From: a virus
Taxonomy: Duplodnaviria > Caudoviricetes
Length of the DNA: 63,514 bases
IMG/VR virus record: IMGVR_UViG_3300025086_000018
Coordinates: 1-63,514 of that record
Strand: one strand, 5' to 3'
Both the position numbers and the translations under genes were made by a program. The notes beneath the pieces were generated by a model, which did not search any database, was not told the origin of the DNA, and saw only the letters and a program-made list of their open reading frames with translations. Shown here piece by piece: positions 27,601 to 35,668 of this stretch; position 1 is the stretch's first letter, and each line of letters begins with the position of its first letter.

Positions 27601-29130
27601 TGGCAATTTAAAAGATATCTGATCACCAGTAGCTATTCCATATTCTGCATTTAACCCAGCAAAAGTAGCGTCAAAAGCTCCATCTCTAAGACTAGTATAT
27701 CTACTAGTTGCTATGTTTAAAACACCAGGACCTCCACTAATTCCAGGTGCTGCAAGAATTAAAGCTGCAACAACATAATCTGTATCTGGTATTTTAGGAT
27801 GTGTCATCCTTACGTAAGCATCTTGAGGATTTACTGGTGATGATGCTGTGTTTGTTGGGAAAGCATTTACAGTTCTAAATGGTGTAAAAGTACCAATTGC
27901 AGTACTTGCCGGAGGTTGATTCCAAGCAGACCAATAAGCAGGTGCACCAGTATTATCATTGTTAGGTTTACTTCTAGTTCCAAAATAAAATAAACTTGGT
28001 ATCAAGCTAGAGCATGTAGCTGAGGAATCAACAAACTGTGTTGCTGGACCAAGTTGGTTTGTCACCGTTAGTTTAAATTGGTCATAATCGTCCCAAGCTC
28101 TACTAATATCTTTAGCGTTTTGAGAGAATAAAACAATTTTAAACTTATAAGTGCTTAAAACTGGATCAGCTTCATCCCATGCTGGGAACTTAGTATTATT
28201 TAAAGCTCTATCTATAAATAATAAGTATTTTCTATTAGAGTTACCAGGTGTATTATCAGCGCTATCAAAAGGAGCTGGTAAAAAACCCGCATCTAAAGCT
28301 AGTCCAGCGTTAGTTGGGTTATAACCATCTTGTTGAAAAAAAGCTACTTTAAATTCAAACCTATCTCCATTACTATCTTCTACATATCCTTTACTGCCTA
28401 TGTTGTCTATAAACTCATCTATAACGTCTTGGCTAGGATTATCTTCTAATATAAAATAATCGTACCAAGCGTCATAACCAGAAGCGCCTAAAGGTGATAC
28501 TCTTTTATCTAAGTCTTGCTTAACATAAACGCAATTAGTTAATGTGTACTCCCTCTTTATCTTTATAGGATTATAAGGATAATACTTAGCTACAGATATA
28601 TCTTCTTCTTTTATGTAGTAGTTTACACTTGATCGAGCTTTAGTAACATTTATTTGTCGTGGTTGATTTCTATTATCAGTCCAAAACAAAAGATCCTCTA
28701 TTAAATCTACATGATTAATAGGACTATTTTCCGAGAAGTTTAAAAAGGAACCAGTAACTAAGACTTGTGAGTTACCTGTTTTTGTATTTGTTTCCACTAT
28801 AGAACAGTATGCTAAAGGACCTGCAGGATTGTCTAGTTTAGTAGCAGAATTATCTTTGTAATTAGTTACAAAAGTATATATATAATCTTGATCTTCATTT
28901 ATGTACCAACCTATTATAAAAAATCTAGTATCTATAGTAGCACCAGGATATTGTAGGGCACTAATGAACTCATTTCCTAGTATGTTTTCTAACGCACCAA
29001 CATCAGCTCCTTCAGATCTTGAAACAGCTACGTTAACAGCGTCTCTATACTCGCGTGGAGACACAAGTCTAGAGTCCAGATCCTTTTGCATTTTAGAATC
29101 TGTAAAAGAGTGTTTATAGGTTTGTTGCAT
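24631..29130 (-). CDS. Large tail protein (stabilisation/nozzle-like), 1499 aa
   Basis: MQKDLDSRL...EYRDAVN...GALENILGN, LLFWTDNRNQP, RFSYRFKF, GNRIIYGN, TYQVGIV.QDKYGR. Confidence 0.7.
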   Translation of the reverse strand: MQQTYKHSFTDSKMQKDLDSRLVSPREYRDAVNVAVSRSEGADVGALENILGNEFISALQYPGATIDTRFFIIGWYINEDQDYIYTFVTNYKDNSATKLDNPAGPLAYCSIVETNTKTGNSQVLVTGSFLNFSENSPINHVDLIEDLLFWTDNRNQPRQINVTKARSSVNYYIKEEDISVAKYYPYNPIKIKREYTLTNCVYVKQDLDKRVSPLGASGYDAWYDYFILEDNPSQDVIDEFIDNIGSKGYVEDSNGDRFEFKVAFFQQDGYNPTNAGLALDAGFLPAPFDSADNTPGNSNRKYLLFIDRALNNTKFPAWDEADPVLSTYKFKIVLFSQNAKDISRAWDDYDQFKLTVTNQLGPATQFVDSSATCSSLIPSLFYFGTRSKPNNDNTGAPAYWSAWNQPPASTAIGTFTPFRTVNAFPTNTASSPVNPQDAYVRMTHPKIPDTDYVVAALILAAPGISGGPGVLNIATSRYTSLRDGAFDATFAGLNAEYGIATGDQISFKLPNKFFKQDFPGDPAFLDDKFVRFSYRFKFDNNEYSLLSPFTQNVFIPKQGGYFQKTIGANKQKASLNDFLSQEQQAGENTIVEFLTNEITEVALDIPLPCPANELGNKLKVSEIDIVYKESTALALKVVETLDIQDYNSVTTKFISYKYQSRRPIKVLPDSVISRVYDKVPIRAATQASAGNRIIYGNFIDAHTSPLTLDYLVGVSAKFTPAFKQYNASDIAYPNHTLKQNRTYQVGIVLQDKYGRSSDVILSSVRDRSYEEKTGPFANNPIVFGGSTVYTPYFDSVTEKLTSTASVPASQNPRAGIVDWPGDSLKILFANTIPNVITSNDGYPGLYSNVKTALEFASSGGININNLNSLRFNPAIGDISLASVGNYVSYTLSGTRYEFEIGAIDLTNNILWVANNASYSFVQPAATDTVTILERNKLGFYSYKVVVKQTEQEYYNVYLPSILNGAPIIKPFKLDVTGVSGVGVVNNTAVNPAAEPKTFLLLEGMNFTISGTEYTITNILNNDNFTYSPSTSFAATPNTEFFTKSSKNMINVTTLLTDNANKVPPGLLETTPVQQQYSPSDTTLYPRVAIQEGYTPTGLYYTSANQNIPIFPGRRDMKVRAVGNFFALNTDATTAGLYEAQSDPPSANIENVFKLGRDAETALPDSVEPLVFSAYETNPTKSALEIFWETGTTGLIEDLNEAILGADDVVFDLSTGSSPWNESLNITGSISSLRLLVFTVRNNSAGIIPPASFSNCVLKNITNQDGTVSYPTDGSNTPITLYTQAGVANTKVDASLSASQFGISLDPRGNLFYSQTLVNNFLNFVFECSISNPLENTYEFPLSFTLRNQAPNSNYGEPNNPNISVINNSGINETREGAVPTAGSWSNNTICGTLGANNGSNNANTPQAFEELNWTIEVRDPSAGTYYDFFSKHQGLEIANYSNPNFPPQLNGKILQIDDVKDAGGEPLSVNPLPLRICVTDMNGSGLKTTISEINLTIIS

Positions 29131-29134
29131 TTAA

Positions 29135-30340
29135 TTAATGTTTAATCCACTTAGACTGATTTCTAAAAGTCTGTGTTAATGTTTCTAAATTAAAATCTTG
29201 TAATCTTATTTTAGCATTTCTAGTTTTAGCGTATTTTTCTCTCTTGTATAGCTGTATCATGTTTGGATCAGAAAATCTTCTAACAGATAGAATATTATAC
29301 ATTATAGAAGCGTACATAGCATCTTCAACTACTTTAGGTATTCTAGTGTCATCATCATATGCTAAACCATCAGAAACATATTCTAATACAATACACCTGT
29401 TAGCTAAACTACTGCTAAACGAAAACCTACCAGTTCTTTCATTTAAACTGTACCAACCATTTTCTTGTGAAGTACTTGGATTTAAACCATATCTTTGGCC
29501 ATATGCTTGTTTCCACCAAACGTAGTCAAATACACCTGTAGCATTGTAAGCATCATAGTCTCCTGTTATTTCATTAGAAGTAGCTTTTTTCCACCTTTGC
29601 TCTATTAACGATTGATCTGCATCTATGTTATTAGCAAAAGAGTCTTGTGTAGGTATACCTTTATTATCTTGTATTGGTAAATCATATGGGTTGCCACTCA
29701 ATCCATTTAAGGGATATATAGGGTGCATTACGCCTGAGCTGTCAGCCCACGACAACGCCACTTGATTCACGAAATCTTGAGGTATAGGAACAGAAAGGTT
29801 AGGTGGTATAGTTAATTCTTGAGACTTTATTACTTTTAAAACGTCGTAACTTAATTCTTGTAAAACTCTTTTAGCATGAAATATAACGTCATTACGTTTT
29901 ACTCTTTGTAGTATTTTATCTTCACCTACATAAGCAAACATAAAATTATCTATAATATCATTTAGTGGAGTCCAACTATATCCACCATAATTAGCATTAA
30001 TAGCAGCTGGCATTAGTTGACACATTACTACACCGCCTGTTATACCAGCACTAGCTGGTGGCATTTCTATAGTATTGGCAGTAGGATCTGAAACTTTAAA
30101 TTGATCTTCATTTATTTTAGTAAAAACCAATGGAGCTCCTGTTCCGTGATATATTTCAAAATTTGAAGCTGATGCTATCCTAGTCCAGTTAGACGGTGCT
30201 ACTTGTGGTTCTCCAAAAGCACTGACTAATTCAGTATTGTAATTTGAAAATGTAAATGATTTAACCCCAGCACCAGCAGAGTTATCAATGATTTTTTGAC
30301 CAGAGTAATATTGTGCGTTATCTTCTTTTATAAGTCCCAT
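29135..30340 (-). CDS. Tail tubular / ring protein
   Basis: LQELSYD, P.DFVN, LEYVSDG motifs; position after adaptor. Confidence 0.6.
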   Translation of the reverse strand: MGLIKEDNAQYYSGQKIIDNSAGAGVKSFTFSNYNTELVSAFGEPQVAPSNWTRIASASNFEIYHGTGAPLVFTKINEDQFKVSDPTANTIEMPPASAGITGGVVMCQLMPAAINANYGGYSWTPLNDIIDNFMFAYVGEDKILQRVKRNDVIFHAKRVLQELSYDVLKVIKSQELTIPPNLSVPIPQDFVNQVALSWADSSGVMHPIYPLNGLSGNPYDLPIQDNKGIPTQDSFANNIDADQSLIEQRWKKATSNEITGDYDAYNATGVFDYVWWKQAYGQRYGLNPSTSQENGWYSLNERTGRFSFSSSLANRCIVLEYVSDGLAYDDDTRIPKVVEDAMYASIMYNILSVRRFSDPNMIQLYKREKYAKTRNAKIRLQDFNLETLTQTFRNQSKWIKH

Positions 30341-30343
30341 GTT

Positions 30344-31090
30344 TTACATTTTTTCTTTTTGATCTTGTACTGCAGCTGCTTGAGAAGCCATTTGTGTAAT
30401 TTCACTATCTCTAATAACAACACCAGCATAAGCTAATATTTTTAATATAACCTCCGTTTGGTCTACATCTGATATTTCAAAATCAACTGAAGCAACTCCA
30501 GGATCGTAAATATATGCACCAACACTATTTACAGTGTACGCCCAATTAACTACGTTAGGTACTCTTACATAAAATATATCATATCTTTGTATGGGTGCTG
30601 TAGGGCTTGTAGCTGTTTGAGGAAATACGTTTATAGTAGGTCCAGTCTGATAGTAAACAGGATAACTAGAACTTGATTGAGCTATAGTAGATCTTTGAGC
30701 TAAAGTAAATTCATGAGGGGTAACTTCTTGTAATTCCACAGGTGTTTTAGAACCATCTTTATAAGTTATAAATCCTAACCTATGTAGACTAGGTGTTAAA
30801 CCTGTTAGTACACCAGTACCTCCTACACCTATACTTAGTTGAGACGTAGTTTCAAACACGGATATTTTCTCTCTTAAAGATTTTACTCTATCAGAGTATT
30901 CACTACTATTTTCAGGTGATCTTAAAAAAACATTTAGATCTTCAAAGTAACTTTCAAAAATCTCCAGTTGAACTTGATTAGCTAAGTTGTTAAACTCGTA
31001 AGGTGTAATGTAACCTCTTTGTTCTTTGTTTAATATACTTAACACCGTTTGATACACGGTATTAACATTTATACTGTTAAATCCTGGCAT
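30344..31090 (-). CDS. Head-tail adaptor / ring protein
   Basis: VYQTVLSILNKEQRGYITP.EFN..A..VQ; IL.ILAYAG; structural cluster. Confidence 0.6.
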   Translation of the reverse strand: MPGFNSINVNTVYQTVLSILNKEQRGYITPYEFNNLANQVQLEIFESYFEDLNVFLRSPENSSEYSDRVKSLREKISVFETTSQLSIGVGGTGVLTGLTPSLHRLGFITYKDGSKTPVELQEVTPHEFTLAQRSTIAQSSSSYPVYYQTGPTINVFPQTATSPTAPIQRYDIFYVRVPNVVNWAYTVNSVGAYIYDPGVASVDFEISDVDQTEVILKILAYAGVVIRDSEITQMASQAAAVQDQKEKM

Positions 31091-31101
31091 AGTTTTTATT
31101 T

Positions 31102-31129
31102 AAAAAAAAGGCGGCCGCATAGCCGCCTT
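31102..31129 (-). terminator. Intrinsic terminator
   Basis: Minus strand AAGGCGGC-TATGCG-GCCGCCTT followed by a T run. Confidence 0.8.
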
Positions 31130-31130
31130 A

Positions 31131-31143
31131 TTTAGTATCACTT
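31131..31143 (-). promoter_or_regulatory. Putative late promoter AAGTGATACTAAA
   Basis: Motif match directly after the stop of 31145-31906. Confidence 0.45.
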
Positions 31144-31144
31144 G

Positions 31145-31906
31145 TTATTTTATTTTTTTCTCTATAGATTTATAAACCTCAAGTCCTTCATCAGTTTTAA
31201 ACCAAGCAGCTATAGCTGAATAAGCGTTTTCGTCGAAACCTACTGTTAGTAGTTTTCTACCGTTGCTAGCCCAAGAAAAAGTTCTTTGATCTTCTGCTAA
31301 CTTAATTATTCTTTGTTCAGTAGCTTTAATAGCAAAGTTTCTTAATATTAAATTATCATCTTCTGCTAAATCTAAAAATAGTTGAGGATTTCTTTTAGCG
31401 AAAACAACAACGTCTCTTCTTATTTCTTTAGAAGATAATTTAGTAACATCAGAACCTACTTCTACTCTAAGCACTGCCTCCGCTTCATCAATCTCCATTT
31501 CGTAAGCTAAGTTCATAGCTTCAATCTCTGTTTCTAAATGATCAAAGTGATCTTCAGCTTCTTCAGCTGCATCGAACTCTGAAAATATAATATCTTTATG
31601 AGGATGTACATTTAAAAACTCTTGTAGATTTCTTTTTTCTTTAGGTACTAATAAGTGGCCATTGTGAAAAACTACATGAGCTAAAGTAACTTCACCTTTT
31701 TGTTCATCTACATAAGGTGTTTGTTGATTACTTGCGTATCTTAATTCTCTTTGATAACCTAAGTTTTCATCAAAATGTAGAAGTGGATATCTACGTGAAT
31801 GTCTACTAGGTATAGTCATTGTTAATGGGTTTTTACCATTAACTAAATAATAATTTCTATCTTTATACTCCCATTTAACTGGAGCTTTTTTTTCTTTTGT
31901 TTCCAT
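31145..31906 (-). CDS. Structural-cluster hypothetical protein
   Basis: 253-aa ORF downstream of the capsid genes. Confidence 0.7.
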   Translation of the reverse strand: METKEKKAPVKWEYKDRNYYLVNGKNPLTMTIPSRHSRRYPLLHFDENLGYQRELRYASNQQTPYVDEQKGEVTLAHVVFHNGHLLVPKEKRNLQEFLNVHPHKDIIFSEFDAAEEAEDHFDHLETEIEAMNLAYEMEIDEAEAVLRVEVGSDVTKLSSKEIRRDVVVFAKRNPQLFLDLAEDDNLILRNFAIKATEQRIIKLAEDQRTFSWASNGRKLLTVGFDENAYSAIAAWFKTDEGLEVYKSIEKKIK

Positions 31907-31922
31907 AATATATAATAAAATT

Positions 31923-31955
31923 AAAAAGTCCCCACCGAAGTGGGGATAACTTTTT
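31923..31955 (-). terminator. Intrinsic terminator with UUCG loop
   Basis: Minus strand TCCCCAC-TTCG-GTGGGGA-CTTTTT. Confidence 0.8.
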
Positions 31956-31958
31956 GTA

Positions 31959-32561
31959 TTAGCTTAAATCAACGTCTTCTACTGTAGCTAAGTTAAAGAA
32001 CTTAACTTCAGGTTGCTCGTTTTCATTTTGTGAAGCTTCATTAATAGCCTCAGCTAGATCAGCACATAGCTGTTCTTTAGTAGATGCAGGTGCATTTGAA
32101 ACTGTAACTGTCCACTCTTTTGTATCAGTACTATCCCAAAGGTTAGTAACTAATTTACATTGAGTAGCTGAAACAGGTTCAACACACGCGATGTTATCTA
32201 CTGGTATCATTTGATAAGGGTTTGTATCACTTCCTTCAAAAGTTGCTAAATCAGCAGCGACTAAAGTTATAACAACGTCAGTCGTTCCACCGATAACACT
32301 TTGATCAAAAGTTAAAGTGTCACCAGCTTTATAACCATCACCTGCTGTAGCAACAGATGCAACAGTAACTGTATTACCAGCGATTGTTAAATCTACTACA
32401 CCTGATGTACCTAATCCATCAGTTGTAAAAGCAGTTGCAGTAGCAACTTGGTTAGTCGCGTCTGTACTGTTAGTTGTTATTGAAGTAGTTAAAGACCCCG
32501 TACCTGTTAACATTGGTCTACCTGGATTCAATGATAAAGGTATTTTTATATAATTTGCCAT
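31959..32561 (-). CDS. Putative capsid accessory/decoration protein
   Basis: Thr/Gly/Val-rich, AGDGYKAGDTLT motif; N-terminus similar to the next gene. Confidence 0.55.
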   Translation of the reverse strand: MANYIKIPLSLNPGRPMLTGTGSLTTSITTNSTDATNQVATATAFTTDGLGTSGVVDLTIAGNTVTVASVATAGDGYKAGDTLTFDQSVIGGTTDVVITLVAADLATFEGSDTNPYQMIPVDNIACVEPVSATQCKLVTNLWDSTDTKEWTVTVSNAPASTKEQLCADLAEAINEASQNENEQPEVKFFNLATVEDVDLS

Positions 32562-32569
32562 AATGTTAA

Positions 32570-32950
32570 TTATTTCGGAGTACCAGCTGAGATAGAGAAG
32601 TTATCAGCTTGATAATCTTCTAAGTCAGCAGCAGCTGCAGTAGCAGCACCCTCTAGTTCAAAAATTGGATTAGACGCAGGATTCTGATTAGATTCAAGGA
32701 TTAGATCTTTGAAGTTCTCTATATCTTGCGCTGTAACGACAGCTGTTCCACCGCCATTTGCATAGTAGCTTATTGTTGTAATTATAACATTTGCACCACC
32801 TGCAGGTATTGTAGAATAAATATCTATATGTTCGTTTGAACCGCTTACCGCAGCATCATACGCACCATCAACATTTACAATACCATATCTTGGTTCATTG
32901 CTATTTCCAACAGAAGCTCCTTTAATTGGAATTCTTATTAAGTTTGCCAT
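32570..32950 (-). CDS. Putative capsid accessory protein
   Basis: Directly after the major capsid gene; MANLIRIP N-terminus. Confidence 0.55.
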   Translation of the reverse strand: MANLIRIPIKGASVGNSNEPRYGIVNVDGAYDAAVSGSNEHIDIYSTIPAGGANVIITTISYYANGGGTAVVTAQDIENFKDLILESNQNPASNPIFELEGAATAAAADLEDYQADNFSISAGTPK

Positions 32951-32973
32951 GTTAAGTATTATTTAAGATTTAT

Positions 32974-32995
32974 AAAAGGAGGGCTTTCACCCTCC
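32974..32995 (-). terminator. Intrinsic terminator after the major capsid gene
   Basis: Minus strand GGAGGGT-GAAA-GCCCTCC-TTTT. Confidence 0.8.
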
Positions 32996-33002
32996 ATTAT
33001 TT

Positions 33003-34472
33003 TTATGCTCCTGTAAACAATACAAAATTGTTAGCAGCTTGAGTAACTAAACATCTTTCAGATAAGAAGTTAACTCTCATTGTATCTAAGTCAGAAGTGT
33101 AAGCACCACCAACAGATCCAGTGATCCAAGCTTTGAATCTTCTATCTTCAGTTTCAGACGCTCTATATCTTACGTGTAAGAAAGGTCTTCTGATGTTAGA
33201 TCCTAACATTTGATCGTATACTGTAGATGTTCCAGCAGGAATCATCACACCATCAATTTGCTTAGATAAACCACGAGTAGATGCATCATTCAGATATTTC
33301 CAGTCTGTTTTGTAGAAGTCATAAGAACCTCTTCTAAAACCTGTAAATCCAAAGTTTAACGCCATTTCTTTCTCGTTGTCAAATAAACCGTATGAAGCAG
33401 CAGCAGCTGAAGCAAACGATCCATTCATAGCAGCAACCATATCATCAAAATCTAAAGCAGTTTGTCTAGATAAGAAAAGCATGTTTTCTTCAATAGCACC
33501 CTGCTTATCAAGATTCTTAAGAATTTCGTCAAAATCTGCAATTGCTCCAGAACCAGGTCCAGCAGCACCAGCAAATCCAGAGAATACATTACCTCTTGAT
33601 TCGATAGCAGCAAATAAACCTTCAGTTCCTTTGATGTTTTGTGTTCCACCAGCAGGTCCAAATTGACCACCAAAAGCTGTAGCAGCATGTGACCAAAGTT
33701 CACCTTCAACCATTGCCATCTCTAAGTAATCTTCGTATCTTAGTCTAGTTTCAGACTCAGCTTTTAAATACCATAGGTATCCAGAAGTTCCGTCTTCAGT
33801 AGCAACTTCAATCCAACCAATTTGAGCAGCATCAGATCCACTTAGCTCGTAATTATCTTTAATGATAATTGGAGAGTTAGTGAAAGTAGATACAGCTGGT
33901 TCGATAGCGCCTTTCATTCCTTCACTTCCTTTTGGAAATTCAGAACCATAGACGAATAGACTACATTTTGCACCACCAGCAGTTAAAGCAGCAGGTACAG
34001 TTTCGTAACATTCAGCAACTAAACCATTAAGTGTACCACCAGTAACATTAGTTACTAAAAATTTAGCAGTACTTAAACCTGTTGCGTTATCAGAAACCAA
34101 AATTGTAGCTCCAGTTCTAACAGCTCCTTGTGTAGCTCCAGCAGGTAAAGTAATAGTAATGTCATATTGAGGTGCTCCACCACCAGCGACAGCAACAGCT
34201 ACATTGTTATAAGCAATATGTAATCTGTTTTGCTCAGACCAAACAACTTGATCAGATGTCATTGGCATTTCAGCTCCAACCATTCTCAAGAAACCAGATA
34301 AAGTTCTGTTTCCGTATCTTTCTACCTCTTGTTCGTAAAGCTCAGGTAGATATTGTTGAGCCCATTGTCCACCAGCAACGCTGTTGAAATCAATGTAATT
34401 GTCCTGTACAACAACTCTATTTTGTGCAGGAACGATTTTTGCGGGAAAACTCCCGCCTGGTACTAACGCCAT
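33003..34472 (-). CDS. Major capsid protein
   Basis: 489 aa after portal and scaffold, followed by a strong terminator; QQYLPELYEQEVERYGNR, WSEQNRLH, GTEGLFAAI, GFRRGSYDFYK. Confidence 0.85.
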   Translation of the reverse strand: MALVPGGSFPAKIVPAQNRVVVQDNYIDFNSVAGGQWAQQYLPELYEQEVERYGNRTLSGFLRMVGAEMPMTSDQVVWSEQNRLHIAYNNVAVAVAGGGAPQYDITITLPAGATQGAVRTGATILVSDNATGLSTAKFLVTNVTGGTLNGLVAECYETVPAALTAGGAKCSLFVYGSEFPKGSEGMKGAIEPAVSTFTNSPIIIKDNYELSGSDAAQIGWIEVATEDGTSGYLWYLKAESETRLRYEDYLEMAMVEGELWSHAATAFGGQFGPAGGTQNIKGTEGLFAAIESRGNVFSGFAGAAGPGSGAIADFDEILKNLDKQGAIEENMLFLSRQTALDFDDMVAAMNGSFASAAAASYGLFDNEKEMALNFGFTGFRRGSYDFYKTDWKYLNDASTRGLSKQIDGVMIPAGTSTVYDQMLGSNIRRPFLHVRYRASETEDRRFKAWITGSVGGAYTSDLDTMRVNFLSERCLVTQAANNFVLFTGA

Positions 34473-34488
34473 TTTATTTGTTTTTTAT

Positions 34489-35643
34489 TTATGTTCTTTT
34501 TTTAATTTTCAACTTAGTAGAATCTGAACCAGTGATTGCTCTAACCTTCCAGCCATTAGGTAATGATTCACCTGTATTACCGGATCTAGGTTCACTATTA
34601 ATGTTTTTAGACTTAGCAACAATATCTTTAGTAGCATCAGCTTTGCCTTGCTCATAAAAATGTTCTGCTATTCTATCTGCATTTCTAGCAGCATAAATGG
34701 CTTTATGATAACCATCGATATCATTAATTCTTCCATCTTTGTCCATGAACTTAGATATGAATTTACCGACATCAGCTTGTTTATCAACCATTTCATTAGG
34801 ATTTGAGATTTTATACCTAAACTTTTTATCTCCAACTTCAAAATTGAAACCTTCAAATTGCTCTTGAAAATAGTTATTAGTTGTTTGTAAAAATTCTTCT
34901 CTCCTAGTCTGTATGTTAGATTGCTCTTCGTTGTATCTATTGAAAAAGTCCATAGCTTTTTTCTGCTCATTAGTAACTGACGGCCTCAACTTGATTTCAT
35001 CATAATAATTACTTTTCATTTTTTCGAGAAAAGTTTTGGCTTTTGCAACTTCTTCTTTATATTTCAGCTTTTGCTTCTTTATAAATCTTTCTTCATCAAC
35101 CTCTTCATCAAATGTAAAATTATCTTCCATTACGAAACTAACTTCATCATCCGATAAGTGTGGTTTAGTTTTTTTATAATATTCTCTTACTAATAAAGTA
35201 TCATCATACTTCGTGTAGTCTTTATTTAATGTAACATAATCTTCGACAGATCCACCAGTGTCCTCCATGAACTTAACTAATTTTTCTATATTTTCTGGTA
35301 ATTGTCTTCCTAAAACCTTTTCATCTCTAATAGCATCTTTAACTTCTTGCTCTTTTTTAGCTACTTCTTTAGGTTTTTCATTTATTACTGTTACTTCCTC
35401 CTGTGCTTTGGCAGGTTCTTCTGGTTGTGTTTCAGGTTGTTTAATTTCTTCAACTTCAACTTTGGGTTGTTCTTTTGTTTCTGAAACGGGTTGTTCTTTT
35501 GACTGTTCTTGAACGGCATCTTTTTTAGGTTTTAAATCGACTTTGCTTATGTTATCTATTTTTCCTAGATTTCTAGGTTTTGGTTTGGTTCTTTTAGAAG
35601 GCATTTTAAATGAACCTTCTTCTGTTACTTTTTCTTTTGCCAT
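34489..35643 (-). CDS. Putative capsid scaffolding protein
   Basis: E/K-rich disordered N-terminus and helical core, between portal and capsid genes. Confidence 0.65.
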   Translation of the reverse strand: MAKEKVTEEGSFKMPSKRTKPKPRNLGKIDNISKVDLKPKKDAVQEQSKEQPVSETKEQPKVEVEEIKQPETQPEEPAKAQEEVTVINEKPKEVAKKEQEVKDAIRDEKVLGRQLPENIEKLVKFMEDTGGSVEDYVTLNKDYTKYDDTLLVREYYKKTKPHLSDDEVSFVMEDNFTFDEEVDEERFIKKQKLKYKEEVAKAKTFLEKMKSNYYDEIKLRPSVTNEQKKAMDFFNRYNEEQSNIQTRREEFLQTTNNYFQEQFEGFNFEVGDKKFRYKISNPNEMVDKQADVGKFISKFMDKDGRINDIDGYHKAIYAARNADRIAEHFYEQGKADATKDIVAKSKNINSEPRSGNTGESLPNGWKVRAITGSDSTKLKIKKRT

Positions 35644-35668
35644 GATATAATATAATATAAATTAATAA

